A stretch of 64,000 nucleotides of DNA, from contig CAWBOS010000011.1 of the NCBI GenBank assembly GCA_963790475.1, forward strand, positions 192,001 to 256,000. Reading direction: 5' to 3'. Position 1 is the stretch's first letter, and every line of letters begins with the position of its first letter. The DNA comes from an uncultured delta proteobacterium (lineage in GTDB: Bacteria > Desulfobacterota > RBG-13-43-22). The position numbers and the translations under genes are program-made. The notes under the pieces are model-generated. The model was not told where the DNA came from, searched no databases, and worked only from the letters and a program-made list of their open reading frames with translations. Shown piece after piece: positions 1 to 9,423 of this stretch.

Positions 1-697
1 TAAAGGAACCGGCCTGGGGCAAATCATCCGCTTTGGATTGAGAGACTGGCTGGTGGTAGGCCTATTTGATGCTGGGCAGACCGGGTTTGACTCGGAAATC
101 TGGACCGACGTGGAACAGGTCATGAATACCTTTCACCGCCCGGTGTACTCTTCCCTGGTATTGAAAATTTCGGATGAAGCATCTTTCCGGTCTTTAAAAA
201 AACGCCTGGAGAGCGATCCCCGGTTAACGGTGACCATCAAACGGGAAGCCCAATTCTATGCCGACCAATCGGAGATGATGGCCCGTTTTATCCGCATTCT
301 CGGATTGTCCATGACCATTATTTTTTCTTTCGGGGCTATGATCGGGGCCATGGTCACCATGTATGCGGCCGTGGCCAACCGGACAATAGAGATAGGCACC
401 TTAAGGGCCCTCGGATTTCCTCGAAAAAGTATCCTGGCCGCTTTTTTGATCGAGTCCCTTCTGCTCGGGGCCCTGGGAGGGGGCCTGGGACTCACCGCCG
501 CTTCCCTGATGCAGTGGGTAAGCATCTCGACCATCAACTTTCAGACCTTCTCGGAATTGGCCTTTGGCTTTGTTCTGAATTTTAGAATTGCAGCCCAGAC
601 CTTTGCCTTTTCCCTGATCATGGGTTTTCTCGGGGGATTCCTGCCGGCCCTGCGGGCCGCCCGGTTTAATATCGTCGAGGCCTTGAGAACCTCTTAA
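1..697 (+). CDS. ABC transporter permease, FtsX/MacB family (5' end outside window)
   Basis: C-terminal FtsX motif NRTIEIGTLRALGF and terminal PALRAARFNIVEALR; the frame is open from the window edge. Confidence 0.9.
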   Translation, partial: KGTGLGQIIRFGLRDWLVVGLFDAGQTGFDSEIWTDVEQVMNTFHRPVYSSLVLKISDEASFRSLKKRLESDPRLTVTIKREAQFYADQSEMMARFIRILGLSMTIIFSFGAMIGAMVTMYAAVANRTIEIGTLRALGFPRKSILAAFLIESLLLGALGGGLGLTAASLMQWVSISTINFQTFSELAFGFVLNFRIAAQTFAFSLIMGFLGGFLPALRAARFNIVEALRTS

Positions 698-754
698 AAA
701 GGGGTTTTCCGCAAACTGTTAGTGCCGCCTTATAGAAGGAATTGGATACCCAGC

Positions 755-1686
755 ATGTCTTTCCTGAATAATCCTATTCGCTACCGTTGGCTGATGCTGG
801 GAATCATGGGGGTCATCTATTTCCTGGCCTGCCTTCACCGGATATCGCCTACGGTTATGGCCCGTGATCTGGTGAACGAATTCGAGGCCGATGCCACCCA
901 CCTCCCTGGGGTTGATGGCCTCGGCCTATTTTTATCTTTATGCCGCTGTGCAACCGCCGGTGGGTCTGTTGTCGGATACCATCGGGCCACGCCGGGTGGT
1001 CACCGTGTTTACGTTTGTTTTCCTGTTTGGGTTGTCTGGTTTTCGGGCTGGCCCCGAATATGTTCTTGGCCGGTGTCGGCCGGGGATTGATCGGCATAGG
1101 GGTTGGGGGCATATTCGTACCCGCCTTGAAGATCTTCTCCGCCTGGTACAGACCCAAAGAATTCGCCGGCATAACCGGCCTCTTTTTGGCCCTGGTAATG
1201 CCGGAAACCTTTCCGCCTCTCTTCCCCTGACCTATCTGGTTTTGCTGCTTGGCTGGCGTTTCTCTTTTTTCGGCCTTGGGGGCGTCTCCATGCTTCTCGG
1301 GGTTTTGGCCTGGTTTTTTATGCGGGACCGGCCGGAGGACAAAGGCTGGCCGCCTTTATCTGATGGATGTTCACGGTTACACCCGGCTTCAGGCCGGAGG
1401 AATTTTGATGATCCTCCCCCTGGGATTTATCATAGGATCTCCGCTGATCGGCTTCCTGGCCGACCGGTTAAGTTTCGGTCGACCCAGAATTCTTTCCGCC
1501 CTGGCTCACCGGTACGGCAGTCGGCCTGATGAACCCGGCCGCCTTTCTGGCGGCCGCCCTTTTTCAACCGTTTACCGTCTACCTGCTGGATTGCGGTCGG
1601 CAGAACCGGTTCGAGCTATCCTTTGGAGGCCTACCAACAGGTTTTTAGGGTCTATTTTATATCGATGCTCCTGGCCTTTGGTCTAA
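755..1686 (+). pseudogene. MFS transporter, fragmented by frameshifts and internal deletions
   Basis: MFS N-terminal helices and motif A (GLLSDTIGPRRV) are spread over three frames; RDRPEDKGWPP jumps directly to YLMDVHGY; a second jump occurs near 1497. Confidence 0.8.
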
Positions 1687-1731
1687 TCCTCTTTCTAAAA
1701 AATCCCAAGGCGGGAGGTTGAGCCTGGACCG

Positions 1732-3555
1732 CTAGACAACAACCTCACCGGCGTTGATCGAGGCATCCACTTTCCCCTGGTGTAAGACCTGCTGGCCGTT
1801 CATGAAAACCGCCTCTATTCCCGCAGGGGTTTTGCTGGTTTCCGTCAGCGTGTTGTTATCCCGTATATTCTTCCAGTCGAAAACCGTGATGTCGGCTGCC
1901 AGGCCCTCCCTCAGGAAGCCGCGGTCCTTGATACCATATCTCTGGGCCGCGGCCCCGGACATCTTGTAGACCGCCTCCTCCAGAGAGATAATTTTATTCT
2001 CGCGGGCCAGTTGAAAGAATCGCGGGAAATTCCCGGAGAAGGCCGGATTCTGCACACCCTGGGGAGCGGGAAGCGAGTCGGTCATAAAGAGGGAAGCGGG
2101 ATGCCGCATCAAGGTTTCAACAATTGGCAGATTGCTGTAGCGGTGATTGAGTATGTTAGCCACCCCTTTGCTTTTTTGTGCGAAATCCATGGTGTTGTCG
2201 AACCAGTCCAGACCCCGTTTTTTTGCAATTTCGTCCAGGAAAAGGCTGTTGTAGCGGTTGAGGTCCTCATGATTGGCATAAGTGATCTGGATATCCTTAT
2301 TTCCGAAGCCAAGGAACCTCTGGATAAGACCAAACTCGCTTTTGAGTTTGGCCAGCATCTTTTTATCACTATACACCTCTGGGATCTTGGCCAGGAACCA
2401 GGCCGGCAATAATACATTGATGATGGTCTGGCCGCAGTGGTAGGCATAGGTATCGAACTTGACGTCCACGCCTTGTTTGACGGCCTGGTCAATCCGTTTG
2501 AGTGCCTTGTCGCAGGTCTTGAAGGTCCTGGTCCCCACAAATATCAGATGGGAAATCTGAAGACGCACCCCAGTTTCCCTGGCTATATTCAGCATCTCGT
2601 CCATGGCCAGCAGGTTGCTGGGCTCATACCCGTCGAAAGGCAAAACATAATCCAACAGGATCTTCGGGGTGCTCATCGGGTATCCCGGGGCGAGCGCGGA
2701 GTAAGCCCGGAGATGCACCGTCAGGATCTTATTTTTCTTTTTAACGAGTCTGGCGATCTCTCTGAGTTCATCGCCGGCGGTGAATATCCCCGGTTCATAC
2801 TGCAAGCCCAGAGACACGCCGGCCGCGCCCTCATCCATGGTCTGTTCCAGAAGCAGAAGCATCTCTTTCATCTCTTCCCGGTTTATTGGAGCGGCATTGA
2901 ATCCGCGTATGGAGGCTCGGGTGGTGCCGTGTCCCGACAGGACCATCATATTGTGGGTCATTTTGTTTTTTTTCAAGTGAGCGAAGTACTGGGTCATCGA
3001 ATCCCACTCGATTTGAAAAAGACCCTTTGCCCTGGGGGTGATCTTACTCATAAAGGGACTATTCTTGCGGAACCCGGCCACACCGTAGCCGCATTGACCG
3101 GCCACAAAGGTGGTTACGCCCTGGGCGGTGAAGGGAAGCTTCAGTTCATCATGTCCTTTAATGGGCAGGTACCAGTCCATATGGGAATGGGCGTCGATGA
3201 TCCCCGGCATGATGACCAATCCGCTGCAATCGATAACCTGACCGGCCACGTTGATCTCGTTGGCGGAGATTTTCTCGATCTTCCGGTCGTGGATGAGCAG
3301 ACTGGCCTTAAACCCCTTTTTCCCGGTGCCGTCTACGACCAACCCGTCTTTCAGCAAGGTATATTTCCCCCCTTTAAGGGAAATGGCCGTCCTCGGCACC
3401 TTAGGCGATCCCGGTGCGGCGTTGGCTTTGTTTCCCGTAATTTTAATGAGAGGCAGGGCCGAGAGGAAAGCCGCAGCTTTCCCCGTACAGGTTAGAAATT
3501 TTCTTCGGGAAGGGTTGGTTTCGATCAGTGTTTCCAATCGATCTTTGATGTCCAT
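1732..3555 (-). CDS. N-acyl-D-amino-acid deacylase / amidohydrolase with Tat signal
   Basis: PGIIDAHSHMD metal motif, GVTTFVAGQCG, RGFLREGLAADITVFD; SRRKFL twin-arginine motif with an ANA cleavage site. Confidence 0.85.
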   Translation of the reverse strand: MDIKDRLETLIETNPSRRKFLTCTGKAAAFLSALPLIKITGNKANAAPGSPKVPRTAISLKGGKYTLLKDGLVVDGTGKKGFKASLLIHDRKIEKISANEINVAGQVIDCSGLVIMPGIIDAHSHMDWYLPIKGHDELKLPFTAQGVTTFVAGQCGYGVAGFRKNSPFMSKITPRAKGLFQIEWDSMTQYFAHLKKNKMTHNMMVLSGHGTTRASIRGFNAAPINREEMKEMLLLLEQTMDEGAAGVSLGLQYEPGIFTAGDELREIARLVKKKNKILTVHLRAYSALAPGYPMSTPKILLDYVLPFDGYEPSNLLAMDEMLNIARETGVRLQISHLIFVGTRTFKTCDKALKRIDQAVKQGVDVKFDTYAYHCGQTIINVLLPAWFLAKIPEVYSDKKMLAKLKSEFGLIQRFLGFGNKDIQITYANHEDLNRYNSLFLDEIAKKRGLDWFDNTMDFAQKSKGVANILNHRYSNLPIVETLMRHPASLFMTDSLPAPQGVQNPAFSGNFPRFFQLARENKIISLEEAVYKMSGAAAQRYGIKDRGFLREGLAADITVFDWKNIRDNNTLTETSKTPAGIEAVFMNGQQVLHQGKVDASINAGEVVV

Positions 3556-3777
3556 AGCACTATCTCCTGGGAAGGGAATTTATCTGATTAAGCGCCGGAA
3601 CTTTTTGAAGTAGTCGGGACCAGTGACGACGTGGCATGATGACTCCTTGTTGCCGGTTTGTAGATTATCTTAAGCGATAAAGACCGAGAGGGCAAGGTGG
3701 TCTGTTCTTTAAGTCGGAAAATGTAATCTACAAGAAGTTTCCTATGAGTCGATTGGAGTTGAAACCGATTAGCTTCC

Positions 3778-4431
3778 CTATTCCGTCTTGCGCAATTCCT
3801 TCAACAAATTCAAAGTATCAGACGGAAGAAGGGTTGGTTTGCCTCCGGTGGATAGGGCACCAAGATAAATTTCAGCCACTTTTTCCAGTAGTTCCACATT
3901 GAGCCAGGCTTTCTCCAGGGCAGCCCCCAGGGTTAAGGCGCCATGGTTCTGCAGCAGGTAGCAATAGCACCCGTTGTCCAGCTTCCCTCCGATATTGGCG
4001 ATAAGTTCAGGGCTTCCTGAAAAGGCGTACGGCACGACCTCCACCATAGGCCCGATATGCAGGGCGACCTCGTCAAGTAAGGAGGGAATCGGCTTGTTCA
4101 ACACGGCAAACACGCTGGCATAGGTCTGATGGGTATGAATCACGGCCTTGGCATCAGGTCGGCACTGGTAGACTTTCAAGTGAAGTCCGGACTCCAGGGA
4201 AGGTTCACGTTTCCCCTCAATCCGTTTCCGGTTAAAATCCAGGACACACATTTCATTCGGAGTGAGCTGATCATAGGGAAGGGTGGAGGGGGTGATAACG
4301 AAAGCCTCTTCACCCTCCACCCGCATGGATACATTGCCTCCGGTGCCTCTCCGGGAGCCGAAGAATCTCTTGACAGAGAGCCACTGGGCGCATTCGATGA
4401 TTTTTTCTTTATACACTGTGTGGGGTCCCAT
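3778..4431 (-). CDS. Class II aldolase/adducin family protein (FucA-like)
   Basis: GGNVSMR, ITPS, PSLE..LH, VIHTH and LLQNHG motifs; AAGGAG RBS before the ATG at 4431. Confidence 0.88.
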   Translation of the reverse strand: MGPHTVYKEKIIECAQWLSVKRFFGSRRGTGGNVSMRVEGEEAFVITPSTLPYDQLTPNEMCVLDFNRKRIEGKREPSLESGLHLKVYQCRPDAKAVIHTHQTYASVFAVLNKPIPSLLDEVALHIGPMVEVVPYAFSGSPELIANIGGKLDNGCYCYLLQNHGALTLGAALEKAWLNVELLEKVAEIYLGALSTGGKPTLLPSDTLNLLKELRKTE

Positions 4432-4546
4432 AAACCCGACTCCTTTATTTTTTATGTTTAGGCTGATTGTCCGGTCAAAAAACCCCTGGTTTCGGATACG
4501 ATAGAAGACGTTCCTCATTGTCAGGCCAAAATTCAAGCCAAAATTC

Positions 4547-4576
4547 TTGACACATCAGAATACAATCCCCTATACT
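4547..4576 (+). promoter_or_regulatory. Sigma-70 promoter for the acyl-CoA synthetase gene
   Basis: TTGACA-N18-TATACT about 60 nt upstream of the start. Confidence 0.6.
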
Positions 4577-4638
4577 TCCCACACCTAAGATCAAGTCTTC
4601 GGTTAGATCAATCACATTGGCCCCAAAGGAAAAAGATC

Positions 4639-6084
4639 GTGCGCATCCATAAGTTGGAACCTTTATTCAATGCCCGCTCGGTGACCTTTGTCGGCGCCTC
4701 CAAAGACCCGACCAAGTGGGGTTTCCTTACTCTCAAACATATCATAGATGGCGGTTTCCGGGGTAGTGTTTATCCTGTTAATCCCAGGGAACCCGAGATC
4801 CTCGGTCTGAAGGTGCACCAGAGCATTGCTGATCTGCCTGAAACTCCTGATCTGGCGGTTATCATAGTTCCACCCCCATCCGTTCCGGCGGTGATAAAAG
4901 AATGCGTTTCCAAAGGGATCAGGACCGGTATTATCATAACCGCCGGTTTTGCGGAGTTGGGCGGCAAAGGGTCAAAGCTTCAAGATGAGATTGTTACAAT
5001 TGCCCGCCAAGGGGGAATGGCCTTGGTCGGGCCGAATTGCAACGGGGTCATGAGCCCCTGGAACTCTCAGTACGTCCAGTTCCCTTCTTTCTTTGTGCCT
5101 CCCGGTCCCGTGGCCGTAATCGCCCAGAGTGGGAACGTAATGGACTCCCTGTCACTCCAGATCCAGATGCACGGTTTCGGTTGTAGTGCCTGCATCGCCA
5201 GCGGCAACGAGGCAGCCCTGCACTGCGAGGACTACCTCGAGTATCTGGCCGATGACCCCCACACAAAAGTTATCCTGTCTTATATTGAAGGATTCAAAGA
5301 CGGAGAACGCTTCTTGGCGGTTGCCCGTGAGGTCAGTAAGAAGAAGCCTATCGTCATGCTCAAAGCCGGCAAAACTCAGGCCGGGGCCAAGGCGGCAGCC
5401 TCACACACCGCCGCCCTGGCCGGTTCGGATGCCGTCTTTGATGCCGTTTGCCGACAATCCGGCGTGATCAGGGCCAAGAGCCTGGATGAAATGCTGAATA
5501 TCGGCCTGGCCTTCCTGCGGCAGCCCCTGCCCCGAGGACGCGGTTTGGGCATCGTTACCGCCGGAGGGGGTTGGGGTGTGCTGGCCGCCGATGCCTGCGC
5601 GGAACTTGGTTTCGACATAGTCCAATTACCCGAGGAAACGATCAATGAGTTGGACAAAATTCTCCCGGCCTGGTGGAACCGGGGCAACCCGGTGGACCTG
5701 GTAGCCGGGGCTGCCGCCGATAACCTCTTTAAAGCCGTGGAGTTGGTGATGCAGTGCCGGTCGGTAGATGCCCTTATGTTCCTGAGCCTCATGCCGGCCT
5801 TGAGGATGGGTAGTTTCGACGCCCCCCAGGATCAATCTTCCCGGGAAAACTGGGGAGATCAAATGATAGAATCGGTCGCCCTGGCTATGGACGAGTTTAA
5901 TGCCCTGGCCGATAAATACAACAAACCTGTAATCATTGCCTCTGAATACATGTGGGCTACCAATGTGGAGCAGGCCGGAATCACCTTTAGGCTGGGGCAG
6001 CACAACGCCGTCTGCTACCGCATGCCCGGAGGTGCCGCAAGAGTATTGGACGCGCTGGTAACCTATGGCGAATATGTAAAATAA
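4639..6084 (+). CDS. ADP-forming acetate/acyl-CoA ligase alpha subunit (CoA-binding)
   Basis: VGAS..PTKWG, YPVNP, GPNCNG, AQSG, AAASHTAALAG phospho-His motif, NPVDL. Confidence 0.9.
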   Translation: MRIHKLEPLFNARSVTFVGASKDPTKWGFLTLKHIIDGGFRGSVYPVNPREPEILGLKVHQSIADLPETPDLAVIIVPPPSVPAVIKECVSKGIRTGIIITAGFAELGGKGSKLQDEIVTIARQGGMALVGPNCNGVMSPWNSQYVQFPSFFVPPGPVAVIAQSGNVMDSLSLQIQMHGFGCSACIASGNEAALHCEDYLEYLADDPHTKVILSYIEGFKDGERFLAVAREVSKKKPIVMLKAGKTQAGAKAAASHTAALAGSDAVFDAVCRQSGVIRAKSLDEMLNIGLAFLRQPLPRGRGLGIVTAGGGWGVLAADACAELGFDIVQLPEETINELDKILPAWWNRGNPVDLVAGAAADNLFKAVELVMQCRSVDALMFLSLMPALRMGSFDAPQDQSSRENWGDQMIESVALAMDEFNALADKYNKPVIIASEYMWATNVEQAGITFRLGQHNAVCYRMPGGAARVLDALVTYGEYVK

Positions 6085-6195
6085 ATTCTATTCATTAAGT
6101 GAATCAAAATTGTCTTAACCTGAAAAATAAGTGCTAGCATTAGCTGAGAATAGGAGTTTCTGTCGGCAAATTTGGTCAACAATATAATGAGACCC

Positions 6196-6368
6196 ATATT
6201 AATGACGAGTTTGTAAGGGGTCGCCGAAACCCGAATGGCGTCATTCCTGCCCCGCATCAAGTGCGGGATAGACTCCAGCCGGAATCCAGTATTCTAAAGT
6301 AGTTATTTTTTTTTCTGGACCCCGGCTTTCGCCGGGGTGACGACTTTTTACAAGACCCCCATTAATAT
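6196..6368. repeat. Nested palindromic intergenic repeat (REP/MITE-like), copy 1
   Basis: Outer inverted ends (atattaatg..ttgtaa / ttacaa..cattaatat) enclose GTCATTCC..CCGGAATCCAG and CTGGACCCCGGCTTTCGCCGGGGTGAC; a second copy lies at 45933-46067. Confidence 0.85.
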
Positions 6369-6386
6369 CAGTAGGGAGTGATGGTA

Positions 6387-7583
6387 ATGAAATACGATTT
6401 CGATCAGGTGTGTGACCGGCAAAATACCAATTGTGTTAAATGGGATTCGGCCCAATTCATTTTCGGAGATAACGATGTCATTCCCATGTGGGTCGCCGAT
6501 ATGGATTTTCCGGTAGCCCAGCCTATTGTCGATGCCCTTAGAAAAAGGGCCGAGCATCCTTATTATGGTTATACCCAGCCTGGCCCCAGTATCAATGAAG
6601 TCATAGTAGAACGCTTGCAGCGGAAATTCAATTGGAAGATCAACCCGGAATGGATCGTTTATACCCCTGGTGTAGTGCCCGCCCTTAATGTCGCCATCCG
6701 GTCTTTGACTCATCCCGGCGATGAGGTTATTATTCAGGAACCGGTCTATTATCCTTTCTTTCCGGCCGTTACCAACAGCGGTTGCCAAATAGTCAATAAT
6801 GAGCTCAAGCGGATCAATGATCGGTATGAAATGGACTTTGAGGATCTGGAGAGTAAATTCCTGCCCCGGATGGGTATGGTCCCGGCTTCCAGACGGATCA
6901 AGGCCCTGGTTCTATGCAATCCGCATAATCCGGTAGGACGCCTTTGGAACCGGGAGGAGCTGACCCGAATGGGAGAGATCGCCATCCGGCATGGAATAAC
7001 CGTTATTTCTGATGAAATCCATTGTGAGATCCTCTTTAAAGGGCATCGACATACCCCTTTCGCTTCGATCTCTGAAGAGTTCGAGCAGAACAGCATCGTC
7101 TGTATGGCCCCGAGCAAGACCTTCAGTTTAGCCGGTCTGGGAGCCTCTTGCATTATTATTCCCAATAAGAAACTACGCCATAACTTTGCCAGCGCCAGGG
7201 CGGGAATCTTACCGGGGCCCAATCTATTTGGTTATACCGCCCTGGAAGCGGCCTACCGTTACGGGGATGAATGGTTGGATCAGGTCCTGGATTATTTGCA
7301 GGGGAATCTCGATTTTATGCTGGACTATTTTGCCCAAAAAATTCCCCGGATAAAGGTGATTCCGCCGCAGGGCACTTATCTGATCTGGCTGGATTTCAAT
7401 GCCCTGGGTTTGGACGATTTGGCCTTAAGACAATTTATGCGGGAAAAGGCCCGGGTGGGACTGGATGACGGGTTCCTCTTCGGAAAGGCGGGCAGCGGTT
7501 TTCAGAGAATGAATATTGCCTGTCCCCGTTATATCTTAACCGAGGCCTTGACCAGGATTGAAAAAGCGGTAAACGGCCAATAG
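6387..7583 (+). CDS. MalY/PatB family PLP-dependent C-S lyase/aminotransferase
   Basis: PMWVADMDF, LCNPHNPVGR, SDEIH, APSKTF (PLP Lys), RMNIACP. Confidence 0.92.
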   Translation: MKYDFDQVCDRQNTNCVKWDSAQFIFGDNDVIPMWVADMDFPVAQPIVDALRKRAEHPYYGYTQPGPSINEVIVERLQRKFNWKINPEWIVYTPGVVPALNVAIRSLTHPGDEVIIQEPVYYPFFPAVTNSGCQIVNNELKRINDRYEMDFEDLESKFLPRMGMVPASRRIKALVLCNPHNPVGRLWNREELTRMGEIAIRHGITVISDEIHCEILFKGHRHTPFASISEEFEQNSIVCMAPSKTFSLAGLGASCIIIPNKKLRHNFASARAGILPGPNLFGYTALEAAYRYGDEWLDQVLDYLQGNLDFMLDYFAQKIPRIKVIPPQGTYLIWLDFNALGLDDLALRQFMREKARVGLDDGFLFGKAGSGFQRMNIACPRYILTEALTRIEKAVNGQ

Positions 7584-7721
7584 CGGAATGAGTAACCCTT
7601 TAGCCTTATGAAAATATATTCTCTGACAGGATTAACAGGATTTACATGTACCTTGCTCAGGCTCCGGACGACCCTGAGCAACCTCGATTCGCCTTCAGCG
7701 AAAAGCTAACCTGATACCGGA

Positions 7722-7976
7722 ATGATTGTTTTAACCCAAAACGGAAGCTCCTATGATACCGAAAAGGATCTAACGGCTCCGGAGCGTCATATCCTTCAAA
7801 AGCTCCTTTTCTGGAAAGACCTGGCCACCGGCCTTGATCAGTTCCGGCAGAAGACCAGGGAAGCTTTTCTAAAAGGTTGGAATGATTCCGGTCCAATTAC
7901 AGCCGGAACGGCCTTAACATCCATTATTTCCGACCTGGAGGAAAAAATAAGGATCAGGTTGAAGCAAGAGGCCTAA
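7722..7976 (+). CDS. Hypothetical protein (84 aa)
   Basis: ORF with natural composition (ERHILQKLLFW..GWNDSGP); no family recognised. Confidence 0.65.
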   Translation: MIVLTQNGSSYDTEKDLTAPERHILQKLLFWKDLATGLDQFRQKTREAFLKGWNDSGPITAGTALTSIISDLEEKIRIRLKQEA

Positions 7977-8209
7977 CAACAAAGGAAAACGTTTGTCATA
8001 AAGCCAATCCTTTTTAAGATTCTAAATTTACAAATATGAAAGTGAAAAAGGGACTCTGATCCTGATTACTGCGTGCTCAAGTTCACGGCTCAGAGTGGAA
8101 GATATTACAGCAATTTTAAATCTGAGAATTTTGAAGTTGAATAACGATAATTGCTCCCCGGATGGCTTACCTTTCCGGTGAAAGCGCTTTTTATTGGAAG
8201 GAGTTTCTT

Positions 8210-9311
8210 ATGCGAAAAAAAATAGGGATGTTTATTACCATTTTATGCCTGGTTGGATTGTCCTCTTTTTCGGCTGACTCCTGCACGGTCTTTCGGCTCA
8301 AGGCCGACGACGGCACGATCATGGTCGGCCGCTCCATGGAGTTTGCCGTTGACCTCAAATACGACGCCATCGTGGTCCCAAGAAATAAATCCTATTCAAG
8401 TCCCACCCCTGACGGGCCGGAAGGTTTGACCTGGAAAACGCGTTATGGCTACGTTGGGATTGCCTCTTTCGGATTGGATTTCGGCTTGTCTGACGGAATG
8501 AATGAAAAGGGACTGGCTATCGGGGTGCTGTGGTATGAAACTGACATGAAATGGCAGGAGGTTACCCCCGGGGAGAGAAAAACCACCCTGGCTCAGGCCA
8601 TGGTCGGAGATTGGATTCTGGGCAACTTTGCCAGTGTAGAGGAGGTTAAACGGGAAATCCGTAAAGTGAAAGTGTTCCAATATACGGACCCCAAGACAAA
8701 AATATCCCCGACCACGCACTTCATCGTCTATGACGCCAACGGCGGCTGTATCGTGATTGAATATGAAGACGGTTTATGCAACATCTATGACAATCCTCTT
8801 GGCCTTATGACCAATGGTCCCAGATTCCCCTGGCAGCTAACCAACTTGCGTCAGTATGTCGGCATGACCAGTGAAAAACCGGAACCCTATCAAATGTCCG
8901 GTCTTACCTTTCCGGCCACGGGCCATGGATCAGGCATGTTCGGCCTTCCCGGGGATCTCACTCCGCCGAGCCGATTCGTCCGCCTCGCTGTTTTAACCAG
9001 GTTCTCGGACAAACAACCGGATGCGGAACGATTCTCTTAATCTTGCCCAGCATATCATCAACACTTTTGATATCCCTCTGGGATTGGTGACGGACACCTT
9101 CCCGGATAAAAAGACCGTTCTTAAAGAATCCACCCAGTGGGCCTCTTTTCGCGATCTCACCCATCGGATGGTTTACTTCAGAACCTATGACAACCAGAAT
9201 CTTCGAAAAATCGATTTGAATAAACTTGATTTCTCGGTCTCAGCAGTGAAGCGGATTCCGATGTTCGGAACCTCCGAGCTCATTGTGGATGTTACTAATC
9301 AAACCCTTTAA
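8210..9311 (+). CDS. Secreted choloylglycine hydrolase / penicillin V acylase family Ntn hydrolase (1-nt frameshift near 9032)
   Basis: Signal peptide then C-TVF nucleophile, GRSMEF, DGMNEKGL, GLPGDLTPPSRFVR; C-terminus (TQWASFRDL..YFRTYDN) continues in another frame. Confidence 0.85.
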
Positions 9312-9348
9312 GATGACTTATCAAGAGTCTCATAAAGCCCACTTTTAA

Positions 9349-9405
9349 TCACCCTCTCTCGTTGCAGAGAGGGAACCGAATTTACTCCCTCCCCCTGATG
9401 GGGAA
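9349..9405. repeat. Degenerate CCCTCTC..GAGAGGG / CTCCCC..GGGGA double-hairpin REP-like remnant
   Basis: Two short palindromes typical of dispersed REP-like elements; single copy here. Confidence 0.4.
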
Positions 9406-9423
9406 GATGAAGGAAACTTTCGA

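Noticed and set aside
2437-3495. Long antisense ORFs (also 49560-50369, 56645-57376, 43678-44364, 16504-16968)
   Set aside because: They are shadows of well-supported genes on the opposite strand and have no motifs of their own
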